From Gemmatimonadota bacterium (GTDB taxonomy: Bacteria > Gemmatimonadota > Gemmatimonadetes > Palauibacterales > Palauibacteraceae): 44,575 nt of DNA. The notes beneath the pieces are model-generated. The model was not told the origin of the DNA. It searched no databases and saw only the letters and a program-made list of their open reading frames with translations. The stretch spans positions 1 through 44,575 of the forward strand of contig JBHIAV010000021.1 in the NCBI GenBank assembly GCA_046758745.1, written 5' to 3'. Made by a program: the position numbers and the translations under genes. Shown piece by piece: positions 1 through 9,532 of this stretch (position 1 is its first letter; each line of letters starts with the position of its first letter).

Positions 1-234
1 AGCTCCGGTCCGCACTGGACGGCCCGATCCCCACCGCAGCGTTCCGGGCTCGGGGATGGTAATGCGCCATCCTGATCTCGAGACCCTGCCGCTTCGCACG
101 AAACTCTTGCCAAGGCCACCGGCTGGGCGCGTACCAGGCCCACGCAGCCGTGTCGCAGGCGCGCGGAAGACTCGGCTGCACGCCCCCGGAGGGTCTCCGG
201 CAGGCCGTGACCGCAAAAGCTGTTCTCACCGAGA

Positions 235-2154
235 ATGAGTGCGCTCGGCTTGACGTGGGCGAGGTGGCACGACGCCGGACTTGAACCACCGAGGGGCTCG
301 GGGCCCGGTGCCCGCCCACGAAGCTGCGACAACGTGAACGGTCTCTCCCTGCTGCGGGATCTACATGTAAGAACCTGGGAGATACTGCTCCTCATGGCGC
401 TTGTCTGTCTGTATGCTCTCGCAGAGTTCGCGGGCATCAGCATGCTCATGCCCATACTTTCGTCTATAGAGAATGGCTCGGCCGCCCCTAGCGCTGCCAT
501 GTCTCCTGGCCTGTGGCATGTACTGCGCACTCTTACCGCGCTACTTGGCCTCCCGCTCACGCTTCCGACGCTATTGCTACTTGCATTCGTGCCAGTCCTA
601 TTTCGGGAGCTTTTCTATTATTTGCAGATCTCCTACACGTATCATCTCCGAAACCGCGTCGTTTCCGGACTGCGACGGGAGCAGCTCGCTCTCTTTCTCG
701 CCGCTGACTTGGATTTCACGCTCACCGAAGGCCAAGGATCGCTCGTCAGCAGCTTGACCGAGCAATCCCAACGAGCCGGAAATACCCTTACGTCGTTCAT
801 CACATTCGTCACGAGCGGTACTCTTATATGCGTCTACGCCCTGGTACTGTTCGTCATTTCGCCCATCCTCGCAGCTCTGTCGCTGGTCGCCTTCGCGGTT
901 ACGTCCCTAGTCGCACATCCTTTCATAACTCGTTCCAGATACTACAGCAACGAAATCACCCTCCATAATAGGAATCTGCTAGCTTCGGTCGCGGAGAAGA
1001 TCTACGCCATCCGGCTGATCAAGATGGCGAACAAGGAGAAGGACGAGACCCTGAGCGCGCGTGAGGCGATACAGGGCGTGGCAAGTTTCATGTACAGGAC
1101 GGAAAGGGCGAGTGCGGTCATCACGACGGTGTCAGCGCCCGTCGCCCTGCTGTGTATTTTTGTGATTCTCTACCTAGCCAGTGCACACCTACAGATGCGC
1201 TTGGCGAGCGTCGGCACGTTTCTGTTCGTCTTGATGCGGACCTTTCCCAAAGTGAAGGAAGCGAACATTGGAAGACAGGGAATGGCCGCGAGCATGATGA
1301 GTTTGGTGTACGTACGAGAAGCGATGGGGCGGGCGTTGAGGGGATGTACGATACGGAGCGGGGACGTGGCATTTCATGGGGTCGAGGACCGGCTGGAGTT
1401 CGAGAACGTGACGTTCTCCTACGAGAGTGACGGTGGCGGTAAACCCGTTCTCGAGGATGTGTGCATCACCTTTCCGCGCAACAGCTTTACGGCGATCGTG
1501 GGCTCTTCCGGAGCCGGCAAGTCGACGCTGGTCGATCTGATTCCGCGGCTCAGAGAGGTCACGTGTGGCCGCATAACGATCGATGGAAGGGACATCAGGG
1601 AGTTCCGATTGGCGGAGCTGCGACAACGAATCGGCTTCATGACGCAGGAGGCGCTGCTCATGAATGCGTCTGTGGCGGAAAACATAGCCTATGGACATCG
1701 CGAGAAGCCAGCGGCGCGAAAGATTGAGGCGGCGGCGAGGGCTGCATACGCGCACTCGTTCATCATGCGGCTGCCGGCCGGGTACGAGACCGTGATCGGG
1801 GACAGAGGCACCCGGTTGTCGGGCGGGGAGAGGCAGCGACTGGCAATGGCGAGGGTGTTGTTGGCGGATCCTGAGATAGTGATTCTCGATGAGCCGACGA
1901 ACGCGCTGGATGCGGAATCGGAAGGCTATGTTCAGATGACGTTGGAGACGCTGCGCCGGAACAAGATCGTGATCGTCATCGCACACCGTCTCTCGACGGT
2001 GAGAGAGGCGGACCAGATCGTGGTGCTCGAGCGAGGCCGCATTGTGGAGCGCGGCGATTCCGGTAGTCTCGTCGCAGGGGCGGGGAACCTCGTCCGGGTG
2101 TTTGGGGAACAGGTCCATGCCGAGCTGGCGCACAGATGGACGCCGGAGGCATAG
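235..2154 (+). CDS. ABC exporter, fused permease/ATPase (MsbA/PglK/HepA-like; probable lipid-linked glycan flippase)
   Basis: Hydrophobic N-terminal half. Walker A GSSGAGKST, signature LSGGERQR, Walker B IVILDE, H-loop IAHR. Lies in a glycan cluster. The start could be GTG 334. Confidence 0.9.
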   Translation: MSALGLTWARWHDAGLEPPRGSGPGARPRSCDNVNGLSLLRDLHVRTWEILLLMALVCLYALAEFAGISMLMPILSSIENGSAAPSAAMSPGLWHVLRTLTALLGLPLTLPTLLLLAFVPVLFRELFYYLQISYTYHLRNRVVSGLRREQLALFLAADLDFTLTEGQGSLVSSLTEQSQRAGNTLTSFITFVTSGTLICVYALVLFVISPILAALSLVAFAVTSLVAHPFITRSRYYSNEITLHNRNLLASVAEKIYAIRLIKMANKEKDETLSAREAIQGVASFMYRTERASAVITTVSAPVALLCIFVILYLASAHLQMRLASVGTFLFVLMRTFPKVKEANIGRQGMAASMMSLVYVREAMGRALRGCTIRSGDVAFHGVEDRLEFENVTFSYESDGGGKPVLEDVCITFPRNSFTAIVGSSGAGKSTLVDLIPRLREVTCGRITIDGRDIREFRLAELRQRIGFMTQEALLMNASVAENIAYGHREKPAARKIEAAARAAYAHSFIMRLPAGYETVIGDRGTRLSGGERQRLAMARVLLADPEIVILDEPTNALDAESEGYVQMTLETLRRNKIVIVIAHRLSTVREADQIVVLERGRIVERGDSGSLVAGAGNLVRVFGEQVHAELAHRWTPEA

Positions 2155-2286
2155 GGGCCGAAAGGGGTGCTGGAAGGACGCCGCAGACGTGGCGGAGTGG
2201 AGAGCGCAGCAGCGGTGCAGCTCGACGGGAGGATTGGCGGATCGCATCTGGAGCGTTGCGTCGGTTGAGCCATCGGTGCCCGTAAG

Positions 2287-3486
2287 ATGGGACGAAAGCT
2301 AAGAGACTTCCGCGGCGAAAGCAGTACTGCCCGCGTTCTCGCGCGAGCCATTCTACCGACGTACCGCCTTGGCAAACAAACGCTGCTGAAAGCGCGTCGG
2401 GTCAGACTCCCGTGGCTGCTAGAGCTGGGGGCTTGGAACGCCTTTTCGACGCGGAGGCGGGTGGGTTTTTTCCCCATCAAGACCGGCGAGCATACCCTCG
2501 GTCACAGAAAGTACAGAGTCGACCCTATTGTGAATTGCCTCAACAGGCGGAGCCGCAAGTACGTCGCGGACATATGTTGCACTCCGCAGGAGCTCTGTCG
2601 TTTTGATATTGTGGTGGTCGTCGCCTACTTCGAATCTGTCAACGTGGCCGCTCTTAAGGAAGCCAATACGATCGTGGTGTTCGACATCGTCGACAGGAGC
2701 AGCGTGCTGATCGACGGCGATGTGTTCTCGCTCCATGATAGGAAAGATAGGGGACCGAGCGACAACGTGTATACCAGGTTCCTGGCGGCCGTCGACGGAG
2801 TTATTCTGTCGAGTCCGCTGCAGATAGAGGACGTCCGACCGTACAATACGCGGCTTCGCCTCATCGAGCACCCGATCATCAACAAACGACACAAGACGGA
2901 CTATTGTGGGCAGGGCCGGACGAGACTCATCTGGCTGGGCTATCGGAGTAACCTGTGGCCGATGTATAGACTCCGACCAGTACTCCGAGAGCTCGAGCGA
3001 GCGGGTGTGCGCATTGAGCTGGTGTTGTGTACGGATGTCGGTCCCGATGATAGGGATGATGAGGTGATCAAGTTCAGGCAGTGGCGGATCAGGGACTGGG
3101 AGGCCGCGCTCCTGGAGGCCGATGTCGGCGTATCGGTCAAGCCTCTCGGGTGCGAGCTGCAGCAGCGGAAACCGGCGACGAAGATCGTGAGTTACATGGC
3201 AGCAGGATTACCGGTGGTATGCACGCCGTCGGTGGCCGACACGGCGGTGATCGAGCACGGCCGGACGGGATTCATCGCGTATACTGACGAGCAGTGGTAC
3301 GAATACCTGAAGAGGTTGAGCGAGGACGTCGAACTTAGGGCGCGGATGGGTAGGGCGGCGAGGGAGGCCGTGTGGGAGCGGTTTTCCGTGGAGCGGATAG
3401 GGACTGAATATGAGGCGCTCTTCGATGGGCTGCAGCGCCCGTCGGGAGGTTTCCCGAATGTCGTTGCCGCGTGTCGGAGCTCATGA
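2287..3486 (+). CDS. GT-B fold glycosyltransferase (GT4-like)
   Basis: C-terminal KPATKIVSYMAAGLPVVCTP...IEHGRTGF...LRARMGRAAREAVWERFS. Confidence 0.85.
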   Translation: MGRKLRDFRGESSTARVLARAILPTYRLGKQTLLKARRVRLPWLLELGAWNAFSTRRRVGFFPIKTGEHTLGHRKYRVDPIVNCLNRRSRKYVADICCTPQELCRFDIVVVVAYFESVNVAALKEANTIVVFDIVDRSSVLIDGDVFSLHDRKDRGPSDNVYTRFLAAVDGVILSSPLQIEDVRPYNTRLRLIEHPIINKRHKTDYCGQGRTRLIWLGYRSNLWPMYRLRPVLRELERAGVRIELVLCTDVGPDDRDDEVIKFRQWRIRDWEAALLEADVGVSVKPLGCELQQRKPATKIVSYMAAGLPVVCTPSVADTAVIEHGRTGFIAYTDEQWYEYLKRLSEDVELRARMGRAAREAVWERFSVERIGTEYEALFDGLQRPSGGFPNVVAACRSS

Positions 3487-3558
3487 CGGGGAAAGCAGAT
3501 CTGCTGATCACCGATGTCGCGGCGCGCGGACCTGGAGAAGCGCATAGGCGAGTCACCA

Positions 3559-4356
3559 ATGTTTGTCGGTAGGCGCTTCCTTTTCTTTCATGTGCCGAAA
3601 GCGGCGGGCACCACGATACAACGCAGCTTGGTGGACTACCTTCTGAACTGCTTCGTTTGGGAGGTGCGTGAGAGGGAGGACAAGAGACTCATCTACATGG
3701 ATCACGTCGCCTACCCGGACTACCTGCAGATCAAGGAGCTGACGTGGACCCGCGCTCATCTGAAGTGCTGCTTCGTGAGAAACCCTTACGATCGGGCCTA
3801 TTCCGCTTTCGTGCAGCACTGTCACTATGTGCGAACTCTCCCGCAAGTGGGCCTGCTCGACCGGTATCCAACGGTGAAGCGGCAATTCGAGGAGGAGTAC
3901 AGGACCGCCAGTGAGCTCACGTTCACGGACTTCATGCAGCGGTTGCCGCAGAGGTTGGAGGATTACAGAGACGACAACTATTTGTACGTCAATTTTTACC
4001 CGCAGCACTGCTGGACGCACGACGATGGCAGGAGCGTACTGGACTTTGTGGGAAGAGTAGAGGATTTCAGGAAGGACTTCTCGGCCATGTGTCGTTTCCT
4101 CGGCTTGAAGACACCGAGGATTCGGCGCGCGCTGATTCGCAAACGACCGAGAAGGTCGCGGGACCTGCTATCTGAGGGTGCTTACAAATACTTGAACCAG
4201 TACTCATCGGAGGCTCTCGAGATCGTGGATCGCGTCTACCAGGAAGATTTCAGACTGTTCGGGTATCCGAGGGTGGCTCGGGTGGCAGCTCGATGGGTTG
4301 GACGAAGGTTTGGAGGTAGGGAAGGCAGAATGGCGAGTGGGCGGGTGAGCCGGTAG
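3559..4356 (+). CDS. Sulfotransferase (Sulfotransfer_2 family)
   Basis: 5'-PSB loop FFHVPKAAGTT, 3'-PB motif FVRNPYDRAYS, DFVGRVE, and C-terminal Y..DFRLFGY. Start is ATG 3559 or 3514. Confidence 0.88.
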   Translation: MFVGRRFLFFHVPKAAGTTIQRSLVDYLLNCFVWEVREREDKRLIYMDHVAYPDYLQIKELTWTRAHLKCCFVRNPYDRAYSAFVQHCHYVRTLPQVGLLDRYPTVKRQFEEEYRTASELTFTDFMQRLPQRLEDYRDDNYLYVNFYPQHCWTHDDGRSVLDFVGRVEDFRKDFSAMCRFLGLKTPRIRRALIRKRPRRSRDLLSEGAYKYLNQYSSEALEIVDRVYQEDFRLFGYPRVARVAARWVGRRFGGREGRMASGRVSR

Positions 4357-4439
4357 ACAGGGATGGGAGAGTGCAGTTGGCGAAGGGTGGGCTGGGAGCC
4401 GGTGGTTCGCTCGGCGCGGCGGGGCCTGCGGGGCGTGGG

Positions 4440-5603
4440 ATGAACGTCCTGATGCTGTGCAACTACCCGCTGTCCTCTTCCGAGATCACGGGCGGGACTT
4501 CATCCGTCGCGTACATGCTCGTCGACGCGCTGAGCCGGGTCGACGGCATCTCTGTCACGACGTTCAGCATCGTGAGCTCGGTCGAGCGCTACCAGGACTT
4601 CGTACTGCCGACCGCGGTGAGGGTAGTCCGTTGGCCGCGCAAGGTCAGGTTTTCCGGGGCCTTGAGGTACATGCCCGAGAAACGGGCCGTCCGGCGCGTT
4701 GCGCGGCAGGTAGGGGCAGACCTTGTTCATGCCCAGTCCGCCCAGATCTACGCCTTTCTCGCGCGTCAGGCGCGCAGACCTCACGTGTTCACGGTGCATG
4801 GGATCCGCCTCAAGGAGCTCGAGCTTGAGAGAGGCCGGCTGGGAGACGTTCGGTACTGGCATTACACCAGGCTCGTGAGGCGGAACTACCGCAAGGCCGA
4901 TCACGTAGTCTTTACCAACGAATACACGAGGCGCCAGACGGAAGGGCTCCAGGCGGTTCGCACCTGGACGATCCCCAACGCGATCGACGAATCTTTCTTC
5001 GAACTTTACCCGCATGACGATCCCGTTCCTGGCTCCCTTCTCCTGGTGGGCGGAATTCGGAAGAGGAAGGACATCATCTCCGCCGTCGAGGTGGTTGGTT
5101 CCCTCAACGACCGCGGCCACAGAATCCATCTTCAGGTCTTCGGCCCCGCGGAGCCCGAGTACCAAGCGAGGGTCGAGCGGCTGATCGCGCGCCGGGATCT
5201 CAAGACGTCGATCACGATCCACGGTCTCGTGTCGGACCGCAAGAGAAAGGAGTTGTATCGCAGGGCGGACCTGCTGTTGCTCACGTCGGTGGAGGAAACG
5301 TCACCGATTGCAGTGGCCGAGGCAATGGCGGCCGGCAAGCCGGTGGTGGCGACGGATGTAGGAGGCATTCACGAGATGGTGGATGAGGGTGTAAACGCGC
5401 GCCTGCACGCGCCACGTGACATCGCTGGTCTCGCGGAGTCGGTTGCCCGGCTGGTGACTGACAGGGAGCTTCGTGAGAAGTATTCGCGGGCAGGCCACGA
5501 GCGTGCGCTTCGAACATTGTCCGCGGATGCTGTCGCACAAGCTACGATCGAGGTGTACCAGGCGATATTGAGGGACTCGCCAGTAGCGGCACACGCGCAC
5601 TGA
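4440..5603 (+). CDS. Glycosyltransferase family 4
   Basis: ETSPIAVAEAMAAGKPVVATDVGG (EX7E). Start placed at ATG 4440 (MNVLML). Confidence 0.9.
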   Translation: MNVLMLCNYPLSSSEITGGTSSVAYMLVDALSRVDGISVTTFSIVSSVERYQDFVLPTAVRVVRWPRKVRFSGALRYMPEKRAVRRVARQVGADLVHAQSAQIYAFLARQARRPHVFTVHGIRLKELELERGRLGDVRYWHYTRLVRRNYRKADHVVFTNEYTRRQTEGLQAVRTWTIPNAIDESFFELYPHDDPVPGSLLLVGGIRKRKDIISAVEVVGSLNDRGHRIHLQVFGPAEPEYQARVERLIARRDLKTSITIHGLVSDRKRKELYRRADLLLLTSVEETSPIAVAEAMAAGKPVVATDVGGIHEMVDEGVNARLHAPRDIAGLAESVARLVTDRELREKYSRAGHERALRTLSADAVAQATIEVYQAILRDSPVAAHAH

Positions 5604-5660
5604 AAGACTCGGACACTCAGGCCTTTCCTCCGTGCGCAGCGGTCCACGATCAGCATACCG

Positions 5661-7010
5661 GTGAGACCCTTCCGACTGACCGAATCCCATCCGTTCCCGA
5701 TCCTCCAGAGGCAGGGCTCCGGGGCCCCGTTAGCTGGAGCCGTAGTCGCGGCCAGCCTCGCCCTCGCGTTCATGCTTGCTTCAAAAGGACCGGAGGCAGC
5801 GCTTGTGGCGGCGGTGGCGGGCTTCGGGTTCCTGGCGACGCTCCGTTCGCGTGCTCTGGCCTGCCTGGCGTATCTACTCCTGTTCTTTCTGGGTCCTGTC
5901 ATCAACCCGCGCTTCGGTCTGTTGATGGGCACGACAGCGGCAAAGGCCTTCGGGGCCCTGTTGCTTGTCCATTTCGGATGGCTTTGGGTGCGGTCCCAGA
6001 CGAGCACAAAGAACAACTACTTCGTTCTGCTTCTGCCACTGGCGTATGGAATCTCCCTCGCGAGGACGGAAGGCCTCACCTGGACGTATTACTACCAGCT
6101 CCTAGTGATCGGTGTGCTCACCTACCTGACATTCCGCTACCTTCTTCACGAGGTTCGGGATCTCGAGCGATTCTTGGAGCTGCTGCCGCTACTCCTTGTT
6201 GGGCTCGTCGCGGTGCAATTGTTATTCGCGCCGCCTGCGAGCTGGGAGGTTGGAGTGACGGTGCTCGCGGGTATGGGCAGCGCGTCCAGTGTCTCTCACC
6301 TCGCCGCGCTCGCAGTACCGCTTTGCTTCTACTTCATCCTCACTGGACGGAAGCCAGTGCGAACGTTCTACCTCGGGTCGGCACTCTTTCTCCTGTTGGT
6401 GGCACTGTTCATGACGCAGCGGGGGGGGATCGTGGGGTTGGCTTGCGGTCTTGCGTATATGGTCACGGCGCTCGGCCGCGGCCGGATGCTTCGGACACTA
6501 GCCGTGTTGGCCCTGCTGGCCGGCGTTGCCTGGGCCCTCCTGCCGGAAGGGGTCGAATCCCACCTCTACGCCCGGTTCACCCATCAGTCTCCCGGCACGG
6601 TCTGGGGCGACCAACAACGGATCTACTTCCTCCAGCGGAGCGGGGCGGCATTCCTTCGGAATCCGCTGGTCGGCGGAGGGCCGGGGGTTGTCTTCACGCT
6701 GACTCCTCACAATTTCCTGGTCGGAGTGTTGCTTGACGCCGGGCTCGTCGGAGCGACGCTTTTCACGCTAGCCATGGCGACCGCGTGGCGGCAGTTGCGC
6801 GAAGCGCGGGCACGGTTCGTGGCCCGCGGGCACGATCATCTTGCCTCCTGGGTGATCTTCCTCAAAGCGTCGTTCCTCACGTGGATCGTCTCGTCGGTGT
6901 TCGTCCACAACGCCTTCGACAAGCTCTGGTACTTCTACTTCGGCCTGGCGGCCGCGATGTGGTATGTAGCTGTGCGGCCATCCGCCAGCGAAAAGAAGCA
7001 GGAATGCTGA
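5661..7010 (+). CDS. O-antigen ligase/polymerase family membrane protein (Wzy_C)
   Basis: About 12 TM segments. TQRGG motif, periplasmic R...NPLVGGGPG and PHN...GLVG motifs. Confidence 0.85.
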   Translation: MRPFRLTESHPFPILQRQGSGAPLAGAVVAASLALAFMLASKGPEAALVAAVAGFGFLATLRSRALACLAYLLLFFLGPVINPRFGLLMGTTAAKAFGALLLVHFGWLWVRSQTSTKNNYFVLLLPLAYGISLARTEGLTWTYYYQLLVIGVLTYLTFRYLLHEVRDLERFLELLPLLLVGLVAVQLLFAPPASWEVGVTVLAGMGSASSVSHLAALAVPLCFYFILTGRKPVRTFYLGSALFLLLVALFMTQRGGIVGLACGLAYMVTALGRGRMLRTLAVLALLAGVAWALLPEGVESHLYARFTHQSPGTVWGDQQRIYFLQRSGAAFLRNPLVGGGPGVVFTLTPHNFLVGVLLDAGLVGATLFTLAMATAWRQLREARARFVARGHDHLASWVIFLKASFLTWIVSSVFVHNAFDKLWYFYFGLAAAMWYVAVRPSASEKKQEC

Positions 7011-7056
7011 GGCCGCGCTGGACAGGAAAAACGCGAAGCGAGCGATCATCGATTGC

Positions 7057-7719
7057 GTGACCCGCCTGGCGGCATGGGCCGGGAGGAACCGCGTGTACCG
7101 GCCGGACGGCCCTTGCGTCAAGGTGAACGTGGGGTCTGGTCTCGCCGTGGCCCACGGGTGGCTGAACGTGGATGGCAGCCTGAACGCGTTTTTCTCTCGA
7201 TGGCCGCTCCTCCTCAGGATCACCTACCGGATCTCGGGTTGCCGGGTGCGCTTCACGGAAGACGAATACATCCGGATTCTCAACGGCCACCGATTCCTCT
7301 ACCATAACGTGCTTTACGGGCTTCCCTTCCCCGATGAGTGCATCGACTACGTGTACTGCTCGCACCTTCTCGAGCACCTTACCGAGAAGGATGGCGAGCA
7401 CTTCCTCGGGGAGGCATATCGGGTGCTGAAGAAGGGGGGTGTAATTCGGCTGTCGGTGCCCGATCTGGCGTACGCGGTGAAACTGTATCAGGGCGGGGAC
7501 AAGCCGCGCGCGCTGGAGCTCATCTTCAGCAACACGGAGAGCCTCCTCTATCGGCACAGCTACATGTACGACTTTGACATTCTCCGGCAGGCACTCCACG
7601 GCGTCGGTTTTGCGGATGTCGACAACACTGGCTACCGAGAGGGGCGCACGCCCGACATCGAGCTTCTCGACAACCGCCCGGAGCAGTCGCTCTTCGTGGA
7701 GGCGGTGAAGCCGACATAG
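7057..7719 (+). CDS. Class I SAM-dependent methyltransferase
   Basis: VNVGSG..GWLNVD, LPFPDECIDYVYCSHLLEHL, YRVLKKGG.IR.SVPD. Confidence 0.85.
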   Translation: MTRLAAWAGRNRVYRPDGPCVKVNVGSGLAVAHGWLNVDGSLNAFFSRWPLLLRITYRISGCRVRFTEDEYIRILNGHRFLYHNVLYGLPFPDECIDYVYCSHLLEHLTEKDGEHFLGEAYRVLKKGGVIRLSVPDLAYAVKLYQGGDKPRALELIFSNTESLLYRHSYMYDFDILRQALHGVGFADVDNTGYREGRTPDIELLDNRPEQSLFVEAVKPT

Positions 7720-7736
7720 GACGGAAACGGTCGGAG

Positions 7737-8546
7737 GTGGTGACTCGCGCAAAGGAGGTTCCCGCGTGTCGAGCTCCTGGACGGGCACCAGGGGGGCGCT
7801 GGAGACGGGTGGTCTCGGCCATTCGGAGAGAGGGTGTTTGCTATGTCCTGCGGCGTGCCCTGGAGCTCGCCGCGAGTGGGACGGCGTCCGTCGCCGGGTA
7901 CATGTATTTCCGGCTCTTTAAGTCCCGGCGGCACTTCGCACTCACGGGGCGCCGGTTCCGGTATTTGTATCGGTGGTACAACAGGACGTGGCGGAACGAG
8001 CGCTGCGTGGAAGTCCCGCTTGTCTGGGAGAGGGTCCGGGAGCATTCGGGCGACCGGATTCTGGAGATCGGGAACGTGCTGGGGCACTATTTCCGCGTTG
8101 AGCACGAGGTTGTGGACAAGTTCGAGGCGGCCGACGGCGTCCTTAACGAGGATATCGTGACCGTCGATCTCGGGAAGCGCTACGATCTGATCGTGAGCAT
8201 ATCTACCATCGAGCATCTCGGCTGGAACGAGAACAAGTACCTTGGGGACGGGCGCACGGAGACGACTCCCGATCCTGGTCGCATCCTCGCGGCGGTCGAG
8301 AATATCACGCGACATCTCGCACCCGGCGGCACGTTCATGTTCACGGTCCCGGTCGGGTACAGCCCGTACATGGACGAGGTCTTGACCGAGGGGCGGCTCC
8401 CTCTGGACGACATGCTCTGCCTGCGACGGTGCTCCCGGGACAACCGGTGGGAGGCCGTGGCGTGGGAGGACGTGCTCGGTCTTCGGTTCGATGCGCCGTA
8501 CACGGGCGCGAGTGGCGTGGTGGTCGGCGTCATCCACGGCAACTGA
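7737..8546 (+). CDS. SAM-dependent methyltransferase-like protein
   Basis: ILEIGNV, VVDK, YDLIVSISTIEHLG, LAPGG.FMFTVP. Confidence 0.7.
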   Translation: MVTRAKEVPACRAPGRAPGGRWRRVVSAIRREGVCYVLRRALELAASGTASVAGYMYFRLFKSRRHFALTGRRFRYLYRWYNRTWRNERCVEVPLVWERVREHSGDRILEIGNVLGHYFRVEHEVVDKFEAADGVLNEDIVTVDLGKRYDLIVSISTIEHLGWNENKYLGDGRTETTPDPGRILAAVENITRHLAPGGTFMFTVPVGYSPYMDEVLTEGRLPLDDMLCLRRCSRDNRWEAVAWEDVLGLRFDAPYTGASGVVVGVIHGN

Positions 8547-8626
8547 CGCAGCCACGCGTCAAGTGACGCCAATCCCTGAGACCTTGCGCTCGACTTCGAT
8601 CAGTACTGACCGCACCGTCACGCTGC

Positions 8627-9310
8627 ATGCAACCAAACGTTTCTTCCACTAGACGGAAACAGCTCTTGGCCGAAGGCACGTCGGGAGTGTGTCCCGAATC
8701 GCGAACAATCGATTCACGGAGCCTCACGGCAGAGTTCGATGAGCACGAGAGCGTCTTTCACGCGCTGCGCGAGCAGTGCCTGGAGGACATCTATCGATTT
8801 GCAGTGGCGGTGGGGGAAACCATCTCCAGGGGACACCAGGTGCTCTTCTGCGGAAACGGCGGGAGCGCGGCGCAGAGCCAGCATCTGGCGGCCGAGTTGG
8901 TGGGCCGTTTCCAGGGCGAGCGGACGCCCCTTCCCGCCCTGGCTCTGAGCAGCAACACGTCGGTGCTGACAGCCATCGCCAACGACTACGGATACTCCCA
9001 CGTCTTCCAGCGTCAGGTCCAGGCGCTGGGGAGACCGAAGGACTTGCTGATCGGTATTTCCACATCGGGGCACAGCGAGAACGTGCTTCGGGCGGTCGAC
9101 CAGGCCCGAGAACTGGGCTTGACCACGGCGGGCCTCACCGGGCGCGATGGAGGGCGGCTCGCAAGCCGAGTGGATTACTGCGTCAAAGTCCCCTCGGATT
9201 CGACGGCTCGAATCCAGGATGCTCATGGCTTCATCGGTCACCTCGTGTGCCGCTTGGTCGAACAGGAGTTCATCCTCCGACACTCATCAGGTAGGGCGGA
9301 GACCCCATAA
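8627..9310 (+). CDS. gmhA: D-sedoheptulose-7-phosphate isomerase (SIS domain)
   Basis: CGNGGSAA..QHLAAELVGRF, TAIANDYGY..VF.RQV, GISTSG.SENV, TARIQ..H...GH. Confidence 0.88.
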   Translation: MQPNVSSTRRKQLLAEGTSGVCPESRTIDSRSLTAEFDEHESVFHALREQCLEDIYRFAVAVGETISRGHQVLFCGNGGSAAQSQHLAAELVGRFQGERTPLPALALSSNTSVLTAIANDYGYSHVFQRQVQALGRPKDLLIGISTSGHSENVLRAVDQARELGLTTAGLTGRDGGRLASRVDYCVKVPSDSTARIQDAHGFIGHLVCRLVEQEFILRHSSGRAETP

Positions 9311-9532
9311 GTCGACACAACTCGGCAACGTGCTCGACGAAGCTGGAGGGATGGGCAGACTGCTTCAGCGGTGGCACGCCGTGCTCCGCCTCTTGAGGCG
9401 ATATGGTCGTCACGTCAACGAGCGGCCGGGGCACTTCCCGAGGGTCGCCACCAGGTCCCCCAGCGAGGGGCGTGGGCAACCCGAACCCGTTTCGATGAGC
9501 GGCTCGGGAGAACCCGAGCGATCGCTGGGCTG

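Noticed and set aside
1..238. Upstream coding sequence (ORF 56-238, or a frame ending at TAA 60-62)
   Set aside because: No recognisable motifs, and I cannot tell which frame, if any, is real.
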